Assembly (NCBI GenBank): GCA_003151985.1
Contig: PLZC01000183.1
Location: forward strand, 13,517 to 77,516
Direction: 5' to 3'
DNA length: 64,000 nt
Source: Acidobacteriaceae bacterium
Lineage (GTDB): Bacteria; Acidobacteriota; Terriglobia; Terriglobales; Acidobacteriaceae
In this document: positions 19,793 to 29,780 of the stretch, piece after piece
Layout of the letters: the number at the start of each line of letters is the position of its first letter
Numbering within the stretch: the first letter of the stretch is position 1
Program-made: the position numbers and the translations under genes
Notes under the pieces: generated by a model
What the model was told of the DNA's origin: nothing
Databases searched by the model: none
What the model saw: the letters and a program-made list of their open reading frames with translations, nothing else

Positions 19793-20412
19793 AAACTCAT
19801 CTCCTTCCCGACAACCGGCTCGCACCGGTTCCCGCATTTGGTTGAACCTGACAATCGCACCCGGGGGCAAGTGGCAATCACCACCGACCCGTAGGGCGCA
19901 GTCCTCGTCCAGGCTTCCTCCTCAGAGAAGCCAAAAAACTTCGTGAGTGCGTAACTCATGACACCGCGATGCGTAACGACAGCAATCGCCAAGCCCTGCG
20001 CTCTCTGGAGTAATGTCGCAATTACTGCGTCAACTCTTCCCGCGAAGGCCGCATACTCTTCACCGCCAGGAGCGCCGCACAGTGGAAACTCGGCCAGCCA
20101 CCGGCTTGCCTCTTGCGGAAATCTATCTTCAATTTGTCGCCAGTTGAGACCTTCCCAAAACCCAAAATGCATTTCTCGAAGATCGTCACTAAGTTCAACA
20201 TTGAGGCTGATTCGCTCACCGATCACGGCTGCTGAACGCGATGCACGGCGTAAGTCGCTCGAATAAATTCGCCGCACTCCAAGGCCTGCAACCTCTTCCG
20301 CGGCATGAGTTATTTGAAGCTCTCCGGCCAGGTTCAAATCGGGGTCGCTGTGGCCGCAGAATGTGCCCGCCACGTCGGTCTCACCATGTCGAACGAATAC
20401 CAATGTACTCAT
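19789..20412 (-). CDS. cobC: Alpha-ribazole phosphatase (histidine phosphatase family)
   Basis: RHGET, YSSDLRRA, LREMHFGFWEG, VVTHRG; ATGA overlap with cobS. Confidence 0.88.
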   Translation of the reverse strand: MSTLVFVRHGETDVAGTFCGHSDPDLNLAGELQITHAAEEVAGLGVRRIYSSDLRRASRSAAVIGERISLNVELSDDLREMHFGFWEGLNWRQIEDRFPQEASRWLAEFPLCGAPGGEEYAAFAGRVDAVIATLLQRAQGLAIAVVTHRGVMSYALTKFFGFSEEEAWTRTAPYGSVVIATCPRVRLSGSTKCGNRCEPVVGKEMSL

Positions 20413-21155
20413 CTGTGCCAAACCCCACAAAGGTAGACTGCGGCCAACGTTAACTGAATGGTTGCGCCGAAACAATCGCCAGTGATGCCGCCGATGCGCC
20501 GCTTGTAATAGAGTCCACTGACCAATACTATCGCCGACGCAACAACAACTGGTATCCACATTGCCGTCCGCAACAGGTACCCCACAATTCCGAACGCAAG
20601 CACCGTCCCTACAGCCAGGGATACGCCGGATATCTGATGAGCGATGCGCGCCCCCTGACTCGCCTGCTCCCTTGCGCCAGGGAGTACCGCGCCAAGGGGA
20701 AGTACAGTCCAGCGGCACAAGACCTCGGCTGAAATTACATATTGGATAAGGATGTCGGAGGGTAAGTTCGCAAGCAGCAACACGCGCCCGGCGACCGAAA
20801 AGATAATCGCCAGCGCGCCATATGTGCCAATGCGGCTGTCTTTCATGATTTCAAGAATCTGCGACCTATTCCATCCACCGCCAAATGCATCGGCCACGTC
20901 GGCGAGACCATCCTCATGCAGCCCCCCAGTGGCAAGCGATGAAAAAACTACGATCAGTAACGCTACGACCATGGCGGGAAGATGCGGCGACAGTGCGAGA
21001 TAGATTCCAGCAGCGGCAACGCCGAGCGCAAGCCCCACCAACGGAAAGAACTCCGCCGAACGCGACAAAGCATCCGGCCGGTAGGTCAACCGTGATAATG
21101 GCAGACGGGTGAGAAACTGAAATGCCGCCGCAATATCCTGGAAAATTCCCGTCAT
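20409..21155 (-). CDS. cobS: Adenosylcobinamide-GDP ribazoletransferase (cobalamin synthase)
   Basis: FLTRLP, GGLHEDGLADVAD, IMKDSRIGTYG, GGITGDCFGA. Confidence 0.96.
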   Translation of the reverse strand: MTGIFQDIAAAFQFLTRLPLSRLTYRPDALSRSAEFFPLVGLALGVAAAGIYLALSPHLPAMVVALLIVVFSSLATGGLHEDGLADVADAFGGGWNRSQILEIMKDSRIGTYGALAIIFSVAGRVLLLANLPSDILIQYVISAEVLCRWTVLPLGAVLPGAREQASQGARIAHQISGVSLAVGTVLAFGIVGYLLRTAMWIPVVVASAIVLVSGLYYKRRIGGITGDCFGATIQLTLAAVYLCGVWHR

Positions 21156-22234
21156 TCGCTTTTCTCGCTCACTCCTGCCGACGAGAACGTCGCCATCTCC
21201 GAGAACAGCCGGACGGACGACTCGATTAGCGGCATAGCTAGTACCGCCCCGGTTCCCTCGCCCAGTCGCATATCCAGGTTGAGAATAGGGGTCAGGCCGA
21301 TGTAGCGAAGCAGATAGCGGTGGCCCGGCTCCTCCGAGCAGTGCCCTGCGAAAAGATACCCACTTACCTGGGGCGCGATAGCGTAAGCCACGGCCGCCGC
21401 CGCCGTAGAAATAAATCCATCGCAGACCACCGCTATCTGATGAGCTGCAGCGCCGAGAATGAAGCCGGTCATCGCCGCGATTTCCAATCCGCCGACGCAG
21501 CGCAGAATCTCAAGTGGTTCCGGCACCACCATCAAACCGCCAAAATGCCGCTGCAACGATTGGTCGATAACTTTGACCTTGCGTTCTCTCCCCTCAACGT
21601 CCAGTCCAGTTCCACGGCCGGTCAGTGTGTCGATCGGCTCCTTGGTCAGCACAGCGGCAATTGCGCTTGCAGCCGTCGTGTTGCCGATACCCATTTCCCC
21701 AACCGCCACCAGATGCTGTCTCTTTTCTGCCGCTCCATGGGCCAGACCAACGCCCACTTCAAGGGCAGCATCAAACTCTTCGTTCGTCATTGCCGGCTCA
21801 CGAAACATGTTTCGGCTGCCGCGCCGAACCTTCGCTCGATGCAGTCCCGGCGCATCTTCAAACTCCGCATCTACGCCCACGTCCACAACGGTAAGTTCCG
21901 CCTCATGCAAGCGGGCGAGCACATTGATGGCCGCGCCGCCATCGAGAAAATTGCGCACCATCTGTGCTGTCACCGCTCGTGGATACGCGCTCACTCCTTC
22001 ATCGGTGACGCCGTGATCGGCTGCGAAAACATAGGCGCCTCGCAGCAACGGCAACGGGATATTCCCGGCGTAGATCGAGAACATCTGAGCCGCGATCGTC
22101 TCCAGTCGTCCCAGGCTTCCAATCGGTTTGGTAAGGCAGTCGAGCCGGCTCTGGGCTTCGGCAGCGAAACGTGCATCGCACCGCTCGATTCCGGCAACAA
22201 CGTTCGACAGAGTAGAAGAAACAATCAGAGTCAT
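21152..22234 (-). CDS. cobT: Nicotinate-nucleotide:dimethylbenzimidazole phosphoribosyltransferase
   Basis: LTKPIGSLGRLE, FAADHGV, GEMGIGNTT, MRLGEGTGA. Confidence 0.97.
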   Translation of the reverse strand: MTLIVSSTLSNVVAGIERCDARFAAEAQSRLDCLTKPIGSLGRLETIAAQMFSIYAGNIPLPLLRGAYVFAADHGVTDEGVSAYPRAVTAQMVRNFLDGGAAINVLARLHEAELTVVDVGVDAEFEDAPGLHRAKVRRGSRNMFREPAMTNEEFDAALEVGVGLAHGAAEKRQHLVAVGEMGIGNTTAASAIAAVLTKEPIDTLTGRGTGLDVEGRERKVKVIDQSLQRHFGGLMVVPEPLEILRCVGGLEIAAMTGFILGAAAHQIAVVCDGFISTAAAAVAYAIAPQVSGYLFAGHCSEEPGHRYLLRYIGLTPILNLDMRLGEGTGAVLAMPLIESSVRLFSEMATFSSAGVSEKSE

Positions 22235-23007
22235 ATGGCTAGCTCCATTCGGTTCCGGGTACGTTCCACGAGCCTGGGGCGATGACGAGGCGGACAGTTG
22301 AATGCATCTTCAAGAACCGCCGGATGCAACATCTCGCGCGGCGAGCCCTGCCGCATCGGCTCATCCGGACTCAACAGCCAGACGGAAGTAAACACTCCTT
22401 CAATCAGCGCCAGGTCGTGCATGGATGCAAGAATCGCAATTCCTTCGCGGCGCAGCGTGCCGATCAAGTCAATCATCTCGAACTGACGTCCGATATCGAG
22501 ATGCTGCATCGGCTCGTCCAGCAGCAACAACTGCGGTTGCTGCGCCAGGCCGAGTGCTATCTTCACACGCTGACGTTCCCCGCCGCTAAGTTCATTGAAT
22601 ACGCGAAAACGCAGCGACCAGGTATCAGTCAGACCCATGGCTCGCTCAATGGCTTTGCGATCCGCAACGCCCAATCCGCCAAACATTTTCAGGAAGGGGG
22701 TGCGGCCCTGCTCCACAAATTGCTCGGCAGTGAAGGAGAATGGCAGGTCGACATTCTGCGGCACGAATGCAACCAACTTTGCAATCTCGCGCTGCTTCAT
22801 TGAGCGAAGCACGCTCTGCTTCAAACGCACTTCTCCGGACTGCGGGGCAAGAGTGCCTGCTGCCAATCGCAACAATGTAGTCTTGCCAACTCCGTTCCGG
22901 CCTACAAGAGCAATGCAATCGTTCGCGAAAATCCAGCCATTCAAATCGTGAAAAAGCTCCCCGCTCCCGTATCCGAAATTGATGTGCCCAAACTCGAGTA
23001 GTGGCAT
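22231..23007 (-). CDS. btuD: Cobalamin ABC transporter ATP-binding protein
   Basis: GRNGVGKT Walker A, LSGGERQ signature, LLLDEP Walker B; true start overlaps the permease stop. Confidence 0.88.
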   Translation of the reverse strand: MPLLEFGHINFGYGSGELFHDLNGWIFANDCIALVGRNGVGKTTLLRLAAGTLAPQSGEVRLKQSVLRSMKQREIAKLVAFVPQNVDLPFSFTAEQFVEQGRTPFLKMFGGLGVADRKAIERAMGLTDTWSLRFRVFNELSGGERQRVKIALGLAQQPQLLLLDEPMQHLDIGRQFEMIDLIGTLRREGIAILASMHDLALIEGVFTSVWLLSPDEPMRQGSPREMLHPAVLEDAFNCPPRHRPRLVERTRNRMELAI

Positions 23008-24077
23008 CAAGACAGCACCTCCCTTCTTGCCTTCCTTAAAAGAAAAAGAAAAAACGGTCCGCCGATAAACGCGGTTAGTACGCCCACAGGCAACTCGGCA
23101 GGGGCAATGATTGTGCGCGCCGCGGTGTCCGCCAACAGCAGAAATAATGCACCAGCCAACGCTGTCGCCGGCAGCAGTCGCACATGGTCCGGCCCAAGAA
23201 TCATGCGCAGAATATGAGGGATAATCAGGCCCGTGAAGCTGATGAGGCCGCCCAAAGCCACGGCAGCAGCGGTCAGAATCGAACCGATCAGGATTACCGC
23301 TATGCGTGTCTGCTGCACTGAAATGCCAAGATGCGTTGCATACTCCTCGCCCAGCGCGAGGGTGTTGAGCCTTCGCGCCAGCGGCACGGAGCCCGCAAGC
23401 CCTATTCCGAGCATTACTGAAACAATTGCCAACTGTGGCCATGTTGGTTGCCCAATCGTCCCATGCAACCAAGATGAGAGAACATGCATGCCCTGCCCAA
23501 AGCCCTGGTCTAGTGTCTCAAGGAAATACGACGAGTAACTCAACATGGTGCTCACCGCGAATCCTGCCAATAACAACGAGACCACGGGCGTTCTGCCGTT
23601 CACGCTAGCCAGCCAATACACCAGCACGATGGAGCCGATTGCACCGGCAAAGGCCAGCAATGCTGTGGTTCCGAATCCTGCAATGGAGACCGCGGGTAAC
23701 AGAAACACTCCGATCGAAGCGCCAAGCAACGCTCCACCGGACGAACCTATAACGTAAGGATCGGCCAGGGGATTGCGAAAAAGACCCTGAAACAGCAGAC
23801 CGGAAACCGAGAGTCCACTCCCCACCAAAGCAGCCGCAACAATGCGCGGAATGCGGATCACGAACAGAATCGTGCGCTGATCGTCGGAGAGCGTGCTCAT
23901 GCCGAGCGCGCTCTCCACCAATCGGCGCAACGGCACTTGCACGGCACCCATCCCCGCGGCAACCAGCATGGCAAGCACAAGAGACGCAGAAAGTCCGCCA
24001 AGCAACCATCTAAGCCGGAGTTCCTGCCCCCCTTCGCGTGCAATACTCGCTTGCACCACGGCTACTTCCCTGGCCAC
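23007..24077 (-). CDS. btuC: Cobalamin ABC transporter permease (FecCD/BtuC)
   Basis: IRIPRIV, FRNPLADPYVIG, FTGLIIPH, ELPVGVLTAFIGGPFF. Confidence 0.9.
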   Translation of the reverse strand: MAREVAVVQASIAREGGQELRLRWLLGGLSASLVLAMLVAAGMGAVQVPLRRLVESALGMSTLSDDQRTILFVIRIPRIVAAALVGSGLSVSGLLFQGLFRNPLADPYVIGSSGGALLGASIGVFLLPAVSIAGFGTTALLAFAGAIGSIVLVYWLASVNGRTPVVSLLLAGFAVSTMLSYSSYFLETLDQGFGQGMHVLSSWLHGTIGQPTWPQLAIVSVMLGIGLAGSVPLARRLNTLALGEEYATHLGISVQQTRIAVILIGSILTAAAVALGGLISFTGLIIPHILRMILGPDHVRLLPATALAGALFLLLADTAARTIIAPAELPVGVLTAFIGGPFFLFLLRKARREVLS

Positions 24078-26506
24078 GACTCACCCCCAACAGTAAACTT
24101 GATTCCCATCCGAAAAGTGAATGGCAACGAGGGAAAACCAAATGCCTCGCTGTAATGTTCGCTCAATAGATTCTGGAAGCTGCCCAGGACTGCAACATTC
24201 CGCGTTGCCTGATAACTTGTAGTTAGATCCAGCTTCTGATATGCGCCGTCCAGGTTGCGATTGGGGAGCAGCATCGACAATCCCCCGTTCGCGTCATAGT
24301 CCAGAAAGTCGCTGTCGTCCCTGCGCGATACCAGCGTTCCACTGAGGGCCGCAAAGAGTTTCGCGTGGCGATAGCCGGTCTGAAAGTAGCCAGAGTGCGG
24401 CGCAATGCGGAAGGGCCGCGCGCCCACCAGCGGAGAAAATGCGCCGATGTCCATTCCAGGAAAGTTTGGATTTTGAATTGGCCCGAGGGCATCGCCTGTA
24501 AACGAGTGTTGAATCTTCGCGTCCACGTAGGTGTATCCGGCACGCACAAAGAAATTATGCGTTAATTGCGATTCAATTTCGGCCTCGACGCCCTGGGCCC
24601 GGTAACTCTTCGTGTTCACCGTTGCCCCGTAATTTGTATTTGCTGCAATGGTCACAATATCGCTTGGAACACCAAGAAGCGCCAGTCCTTGAGGCGGAAT
24701 GTATTCAATACCACGCGTGAACTGGTTATGAAAGAGCGACAAACTCAAACGGCTTCGACCAGCGAAGAAAAATTGATCGACGCCCCCATCGTAGCTTCTT
24801 GAGTTCTGAGGACCGATTGGAGAGATGTGATCTTGTGAGATAAGTTGATTCCCCGCCGGCTGACTTGCGGGGAGCGATAGCAACGCATAGAGCGATTCAA
24901 GCTGATCGAAAATCGCCGGTTCTTTGATGCCCTTCCCGAAACTGGCGCGCAATTTTGTGCCGCCTGCCACTTGCCATGCGAGTGAAGCACGGGGAGTTGC
25001 CGCGAATCCAAAGAGCCCGTTGTGTTCCAGGCCTCCGCCCAGCGTATAGAACAAGCGGTTATGAATGTCGCCTTGAAGCTCAAAAGTGTAACTAAAATTG
25101 CCGCGCTCTACCGAGTTACTTTGAGCGTAAGAATACCCACGTTCATCTTCATAGCGAAATGCAACCAGTCCGAGCGTGTGCGGATTGAAATGGTAATCCG
25201 ACTGCGCGTAGACAAAGTCCTTGTCCGTTGAGTTTGGGGCGTAATTTGGATAGGTTACTGCATATTGATAGAGCGCCTGTCCGCTCACGCTATATCCGTT
25301 CGCTCCGCGGATTGTGATCGGGGCCCCGAGATAGTCGAGAAGATTCCCTGAACCGTCGTACTGAGGCATGCCCGTGGGCGCAAATTCGGTGTACTGTGAC
25401 CGCAGCCTCACCCCACCGTACCGAACCAGGTTGTTCCAATTCGCCGTGGTCCGATCTTCCCAGGTCATGCCGAAATAAGCGTCTTCGTTGGTCAGCTTGG
25501 CTTCAGTTGGGATGCCGTAAAGCTGAGTCGCATTGGGTTGTCCTGAGGCGACCTGATCATGGTGAACGGTTGCGCGCACACTGGATGTGGGAGAAAGCGT
25601 CCAGCCGAAGTTGCCAGTGAACGTACCGTTGTGAAACTTGCTGTCGGGAATCGAATTGCTCGTGTCGAATCGCGTGTAGTCCGAGAAGTAATCGAACTGC
25701 TTGTGCTGGCCCCCCATCGATCCTTCCTGGTGATAGGTGCCGAAGTTGCCGCCCTCGGCCAGATACGTGAACAGGGGAATGGGCGTGCTTCCTCTGGCAG
25801 TCGTCAGGCTGACCACGCCGGCGAGGGCATCGGATCCATAGAGGACGCTGTTGGGGCCGCGAAGAACTTCCGCTTGCGCAACCGCAGCGCTAGCGACGTT
25901 GGCAAACTCTACGAATCCCCCGACGTCGTTCGCAGAGATCCCGTCCAACAGGACCTTGTTTGCATCGGTGCCACCACCGCGAATATTCAGGCCAGTCGAT
26001 CCTCCCGCTTGTCCAACCTGCGTGGCCTGCAGTCCGGGCACAAATCGCAATCCTTCCTGCAAATCCCTCGTGCCCGCGTAATCGGAGGAGGAAAGCACAG
26101 TTACAGAAGCGCCCAACTGCGCTTGTGGCGTGGGAGTTCCCGTCGAAGTTACTGTAATCTGCTCGGAGTATGAGGCCAACTGAAGAACGAAGTCCATCGC
26201 GAGTTCATTACCATTGGACCGTGGCTCGATTGGTTTCTCCGCTGTGCTAAATCCCGCATTTGACACGCGCAAACGTGAGCCGGGCTGTGCCTTTCGCGAA
26301 ATGCTGTACTGACCTTTCGCATCCGTGGCAACGGAGGCGACCGGCACTCCGTTTTCGAGCATCTCCACTTTAGCGTTGGGAATGACCGCACCCGACGGAT
26401 CGAATACGGTACCGCGAAAAACGGAAAGTTGTGAAGCAAAAGTTAGACTGGTGAAGGCAAGAACGAAACTGCACGTCCAACTGAATTTGCGCGAAAATCG
26501 TAACAT
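24062..26506 (-). CDS. btuB: TonB-dependent cobalamin receptor (BtuB-like)
   Basis: Plug motifs IRGGGTDANKVLLDG and EVLRGPNSVLYGSDALAGVV; directly downstream of a cobalamin riboswitch. Confidence 0.88.
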   Translation of the reverse strand: MLRFSRKFSWTCSFVLAFTSLTFASQLSVFRGTVFDPSGAVIPNAKVEMLENGVPVASVATDAKGQYSISRKAQPGSRLRVSNAGFSTAEKPIEPRSNGNELAMDFVLQLASYSEQITVTSTGTPTPQAQLGASVTVLSSSDYAGTRDLQEGLRFVPGLQATQVGQAGGSTGLNIRGGGTDANKVLLDGISANDVGGFVEFANVASAAVAQAEVLRGPNSVLYGSDALAGVVSLTTARGSTPIPLFTYLAEGGNFGTYHQEGSMGGQHKQFDYFSDYTRFDTSNSIPDSKFHNGTFTGNFGWTLSPTSSVRATVHHDQVASGQPNATQLYGIPTEAKLTNEDAYFGMTWEDRTTANWNNLVRYGGVRLRSQYTEFAPTGMPQYDGSGNLLDYLGAPITIRGANGYSVSGQALYQYAVTYPNYAPNSTDKDFVYAQSDYHFNPHTLGLVAFRYEDERGYSYAQSNSVERGNFSYTFELQGDIHNRLFYTLGGGLEHNGLFGFAATPRASLAWQVAGGTKLRASFGKGIKEPAIFDQLESLYALLSLPASQPAGNQLISQDHISPIGPQNSRSYDGGVDQFFFAGRSRLSLSLFHNQFTRGIEYIPPQGLALLGVPSDIVTIAANTNYGATVNTKSYRAQGVEAEIESQLTHNFFVRAGYTYVDAKIQHSFTGDALGPIQNPNFPGMDIGAFSPLVGARPFRIAPHSGYFQTGYRHAKLFAALSGTLVSRRDDSDFLDYDANGGLSMLLPNRNLDGAYQKLDLTTSYQATRNVAVLGSFQNLLSEHYSEAFGFPSLPFTFRMGIKFTVGGESWPGK

Positions 26507-26529
26507 TGTTTTCCCCTCGGAAGTTTCAT

Positions 26530-26671
26530 CTGGACCGGTCTCCTGACTTGCGATTCATCGGCTGCCGGCTGCCTTCCCAGAAAACTTTCCAGTGGCAAAC
26601 TAGCCGTGCCTCATCGCTTACAGTTACGGGGTAGTGGCGGATTTGCACCGCGCTTTCCGATCATCCAGCGG
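26530..26671 (-). ncRNA. Cobalamin riboswitch (internal, upstream of btuB)
   Basis: Minus strand: GGAAAGCGCGGTGCAAATCCGCCACTACCCCGTAACTGT...GCCACTG...GGGAAGG...AGTCAGGAGACCGG (B12 box). Confidence 0.92.
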
Positions 26672-26705
26672 TTAATTGTTTGTGTTTCGAGATGGTGCTT
26701 CCATC

Positions 26706-27560
26706 TCACGGGTGAAGTTGTCGGGCGAGTTCCTCCAATGCATCGAAGGCAACCGGGCTCGGGATTTCGATCCGGTCGTCCACGTAATAAATTCGGTTGT
26801 TCTTGATCGCAGGCAGACTGGTCCATCCGGGCCGCTCACGAATCTGTTCTACAGGCATTTTTGAGCCTTTCACTAGCAGCAGCCCCTCGGGCGCCCAAGC
26901 CAGCACAGCTTCCAAACTTACTTGCGGCCACTCCTGCGCCAGGTCGCGGGTCACCGAACGGCCACCTGCAATATCGATCAATTCCGTAATGAACGCGTGC
27001 TTGCCTATCGTGACGATCGGGTCGCACCATACGGGCATCAATATGCTGACAACAGGCTTGCCGCTCACCCGGCGCCGTATCGCCGCCTCGCGCTCGCGCA
27101 ATCTGCCGATCAGTTCCCTTGCGGACTCATCGCGGTTGAGTGCTCGTCCAAGGCTCGCTATCGAGTGGTATATCCCTTCCACTCCGTGCGGCGCGACAAG
27201 AAACACCGCAATGCCTAGCTTTTCTAATTCCCCTATTGTCTCCGAGGTGTTCAAGTCCCCGGTTCCTAACACCAGGTCCGGGTGCAGCGTAAGAATGATT
27301 TCCATCGAAGGCGACAGCGGGAGTCCCACGCTGGGCCTGGTTTTCGCCTCTGCCGGATATTTCGTGAAGTCAGTTACCGCCACTACATCCGCGCCGGCTC
27401 CAAGGGCGAACACGTCATCCACAACGCTCGGAAGCAAACATATGATTCGATGAGGATGCTCGGGCACCATGACTACGCGTCCCAACTCATCTGTTACTGT
27501 GCGTGCGCTGCATGTGGAAAGCGCAATACCGAAGATGAGCAATGCATACTTTCGTTTCAT
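26706..27560 (-). CDS. btuF: Cobalamin-binding periplasmic protein
   Basis: VTDELGRVV...PHRIICLLPS, YPAEAK, WPQVSLEAV, LPAIKNNRIY; ATGA overlap with cbiA. Confidence 0.88.
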   Translation of the reverse strand: MKRKYALLIFGIALSTCSARTVTDELGRVVMVPEHPHRIICLLPSVVDDVFALGAGADVVAVTDFTKYPAEAKTRPSVGLPLSPSMEIILTLHPDLVLGTGDLNTSETIGELEKLGIAVFLVAPHGVEGIYHSIASLGRALNRDESARELIGRLREREAAIRRRVSGKPVVSILMPVWCDPIVTIGKHAFITELIDIAGGRSVTRDLAQEWPQVSLEAVLAWAPEGLLLVKGSKMPVEQIRERPGWTSLPAIKNNRIYYVDDRIEIPSPVAFDALEELARQLHP

Positions 27561-28939
27561 GCCGCCACCTCGATAACCCGCGTTTGGCGAGCGGCAGCAA
27601 CCAGCGACGCGGCAAGCGTAGGATTCCCGCGGAAATGCAGATGTACATAGCTGGCCAGCACATTCTTTAGATGAAACCCTTCCGGCTCGTCGCATCCGGA
27701 AAGCGAATAGCTCACCCGATATGCGGTTGGCATCGCACAGCCCGCTTGAACGCGTGAACAATGAAAGCTGTGCCCGCGCACGGTGGTTCCTTTTTTGCCA
27801 AGCAAACAATCCTCGGTGAAGTCGACCCGCACATAACCGAAATGCACAAGCTGCGACGTCATCTCGAACTTCAGCGGCAGCACTCCAGCCATGGCGCAGA
27901 TTTGCCCATCGACTAAAGTTAGCGACTGCCCGAGGTAAATCATCCCGCCGCATTCCGCATACACCGGCTTGCCTGCCTCAGCGAACGCACGAATCCCGGC
28001 GAGCATCGCGGTATTGCGACTCAACACATCCGCGTATAACTCCGGGTATCCGCCCCCCAGATACAGTCCATCAAGATTCTCAGGGAGCCGCGCATCCACG
28101 AGCGGGCTGAATGGGATGATTTCAGCGCCACGCTCTCGGAGCAAATCGAAATTATCTTCATAATAAAAGGAGAATGCCTTGTCCCGCGCAACGCCGATGC
28201 GCGCGCGCGATCCTTCAACGCGGGCAACAGGCGCGCCCTGGTTGTCTATCCCGGCGCCTGTCCACGACAACTCCAGCAGTGGCGTCAGATTCAGATGCGC
28301 TCGGGCTGCATCAGCGAACGCGGCGCGCAGGTTGTCCTCGGACGTTGCTTCTTCGGTAGTATGCAGGCCCAAATATCTCTCAGGAATCCCAATACGCGAG
28401 TCCATCGGCAAATGGCCTAGTATTGGTGCCGTGGAGACCGTGCGAATCGCAGTTTCAAGCATGCGATAGTGTCCCTCGCCTCCCACCTGGTTCAGCACAA
28501 TCCCTGCAAAGCGGACCCCCGGATCGAAGCTCTCGAAGCCCTTGACTACCGCGGCAATGCTGCGCGCGCTCTTCGAAGCGTCTAATACCAGAACCACTTG
28601 CAGACCTAATAACTTCGCGATCTCTGCGGGGCTTCCCTCTTCCGTGCCGCCAACCGCGCCGTCGTAGAGCCCCATCGCGCCTTCCACAACCGCGGCATCG
28701 GCGGTTCGGCTGGCACTCGCGAAGATCGCGCGATTCGCCTCGCCATCCAGCATCCATGTGTCCAGATTGCGCGAAGTCCGTCCGCATATCGCACTTTGGT
28801 GTCCCGTATCAAGGAAGTCCGGCCCACACTTGAAGGGCTGCACGCTCAATCCGCGCTCTCGCAGTGCAGCCATCAGCGCCAGCGCGACGGTGGTTTTGCC
28901 CACCCCGCTCGCGGTGCCCGCCACCATGAAAGCGATCAT
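27557..28939 (-). CDS. cbiA: Cobyrinate a,c-diamide synthase
   Basis: GTASGVGKTT, PFKCGPDFLD, FSFYY, GGGYPEL, YAECGGMIYL, ASYVHLHF. Confidence 0.96.
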   Translation of the reverse strand: MIAFMVAGTASGVGKTTVALALMAALRERGLSVQPFKCGPDFLDTGHQSAICGRTSRNLDTWMLDGEANRAIFASASRTADAAVVEGAMGLYDGAVGGTEEGSPAEIAKLLGLQVVLVLDASKSARSIAAVVKGFESFDPGVRFAGIVLNQVGGEGHYRMLETAIRTVSTAPILGHLPMDSRIGIPERYLGLHTTEEATSEDNLRAAFADAARAHLNLTPLLELSWTGAGIDNQGAPVARVEGSRARIGVARDKAFSFYYEDNFDLLRERGAEIIPFSPLVDARLPENLDGLYLGGGYPELYADVLSRNTAMLAGIRAFAEAGKPVYAECGGMIYLGQSLTLVDGQICAMAGVLPLKFEMTSQLVHFGYVRVDFTEDCLLGKKGTTVRGHSFHCSRVQAGCAMPTAYRVSYSLSGCDEPEGFHLKNVLASYVHLHFRGNPTLAASLVAAARQTRVIEVAA

Positions 28940-29490
28940 GGCTGCGCTCCAATACTTCCCTTGAGCGCCAGCGGGAATCCGGCCACCATCAGCACTACAT
29001 TGTCGGCAATCGCCCCTACTCGCTGATTCAATTCGCCGAGTGCATCGCGATATCTCCGGCCCGATTCATAAGCCGGCACCACGCCGCTGCCAACCTCGTT
29101 GGAAACCAACACAATCGAGGAAGACGTCGTGCGCAATGCTTCGAGAAACTTGTCCATGCGCGTTTCCACACCCGACGGATCCGCCTCTGTTGCCTCCATA
29201 ACATTCGCCACAAAAACCGTCAGACAATCCACCAGCATAAGGTCGAACTCCGCCGAGCGGTCCCGAACCACACTCGCCAGTTCCAATGGCTCTTCCAATG
29301 TCTGCCAGCGTTTCGGACGATCATCCTGGTGACGACGAATTTTCTTGCGCATTTCCGCGTCCAGAGCCTGTGCAGTGGCGACATAGGCCACGCGCTCAAA
29401 CTTCTCGGCAAACTCCTGCGCCCAACGGCTCTTGCCGCTGCGAGCGCCGCCCAGAACGAGCGTGACCATCTTGCGGTCTCTTCCCTGCAT
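28936..29490 (-). CDS. cobU: Bifunctional adenosylcobinamide kinase/guanylyltransferase
   Basis: LGGARSGKS, YVATA, LVDCLT, VSNEVGSGVVP, YRDALGELNQ. Confidence 0.96.
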   Translation of the reverse strand: MQGRDRKMVTLVLGGARSGKSRWAQEFAEKFERVAYVATAQALDAEMRKKIRRHQDDRPKRWQTLEEPLELASVVRDRSAEFDLMLVDCLTVFVANVMEATEADPSGVETRMDKFLEALRTTSSSIVLVSNEVGSGVVPAYESGRRYRDALGELNQRVGAIADNVVLMVAGFPLALKGSIGAQP

Positions 29491-29624
29491 GCATATCCTC
29501 TGACCGGTGAGTGCAATTCCATCGGCGCAGCGGGATCTATAGGCAACGTTCTAGTTACCGGTCAGTGACCGGCAGTGGAGTGCCCTCCAGCTCTCCCATC
29601 GAAGCTGGATCAAGCCCAGATTGG

Positions 29625-29780
29625 CATCTGACCGGTCTCCTGACTTACGCCTTACCTGAACTGAACAGCCTTCCCGAGGCAACCCTCAGTGGCTGGAGCG
29701 TCTGCCCCAGGTTCAGTTCTCAGCGCTTACAGTTACGGGGTAGTGGCGGAGTCGCACCGCGCTTCCCGAACATCAGATGG
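29625..29780 (-). ncRNA. Cobalamin riboswitch at head of the salvage operon
   Basis: P1 CATCTGA/TCAGATG; GGGAAGCGCGGTGCGACTCCGCCACTACCCCGTAACTGT; GCCACTG; GGGAAGG; AGTCAGGAGACCGG. Confidence 0.92.
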
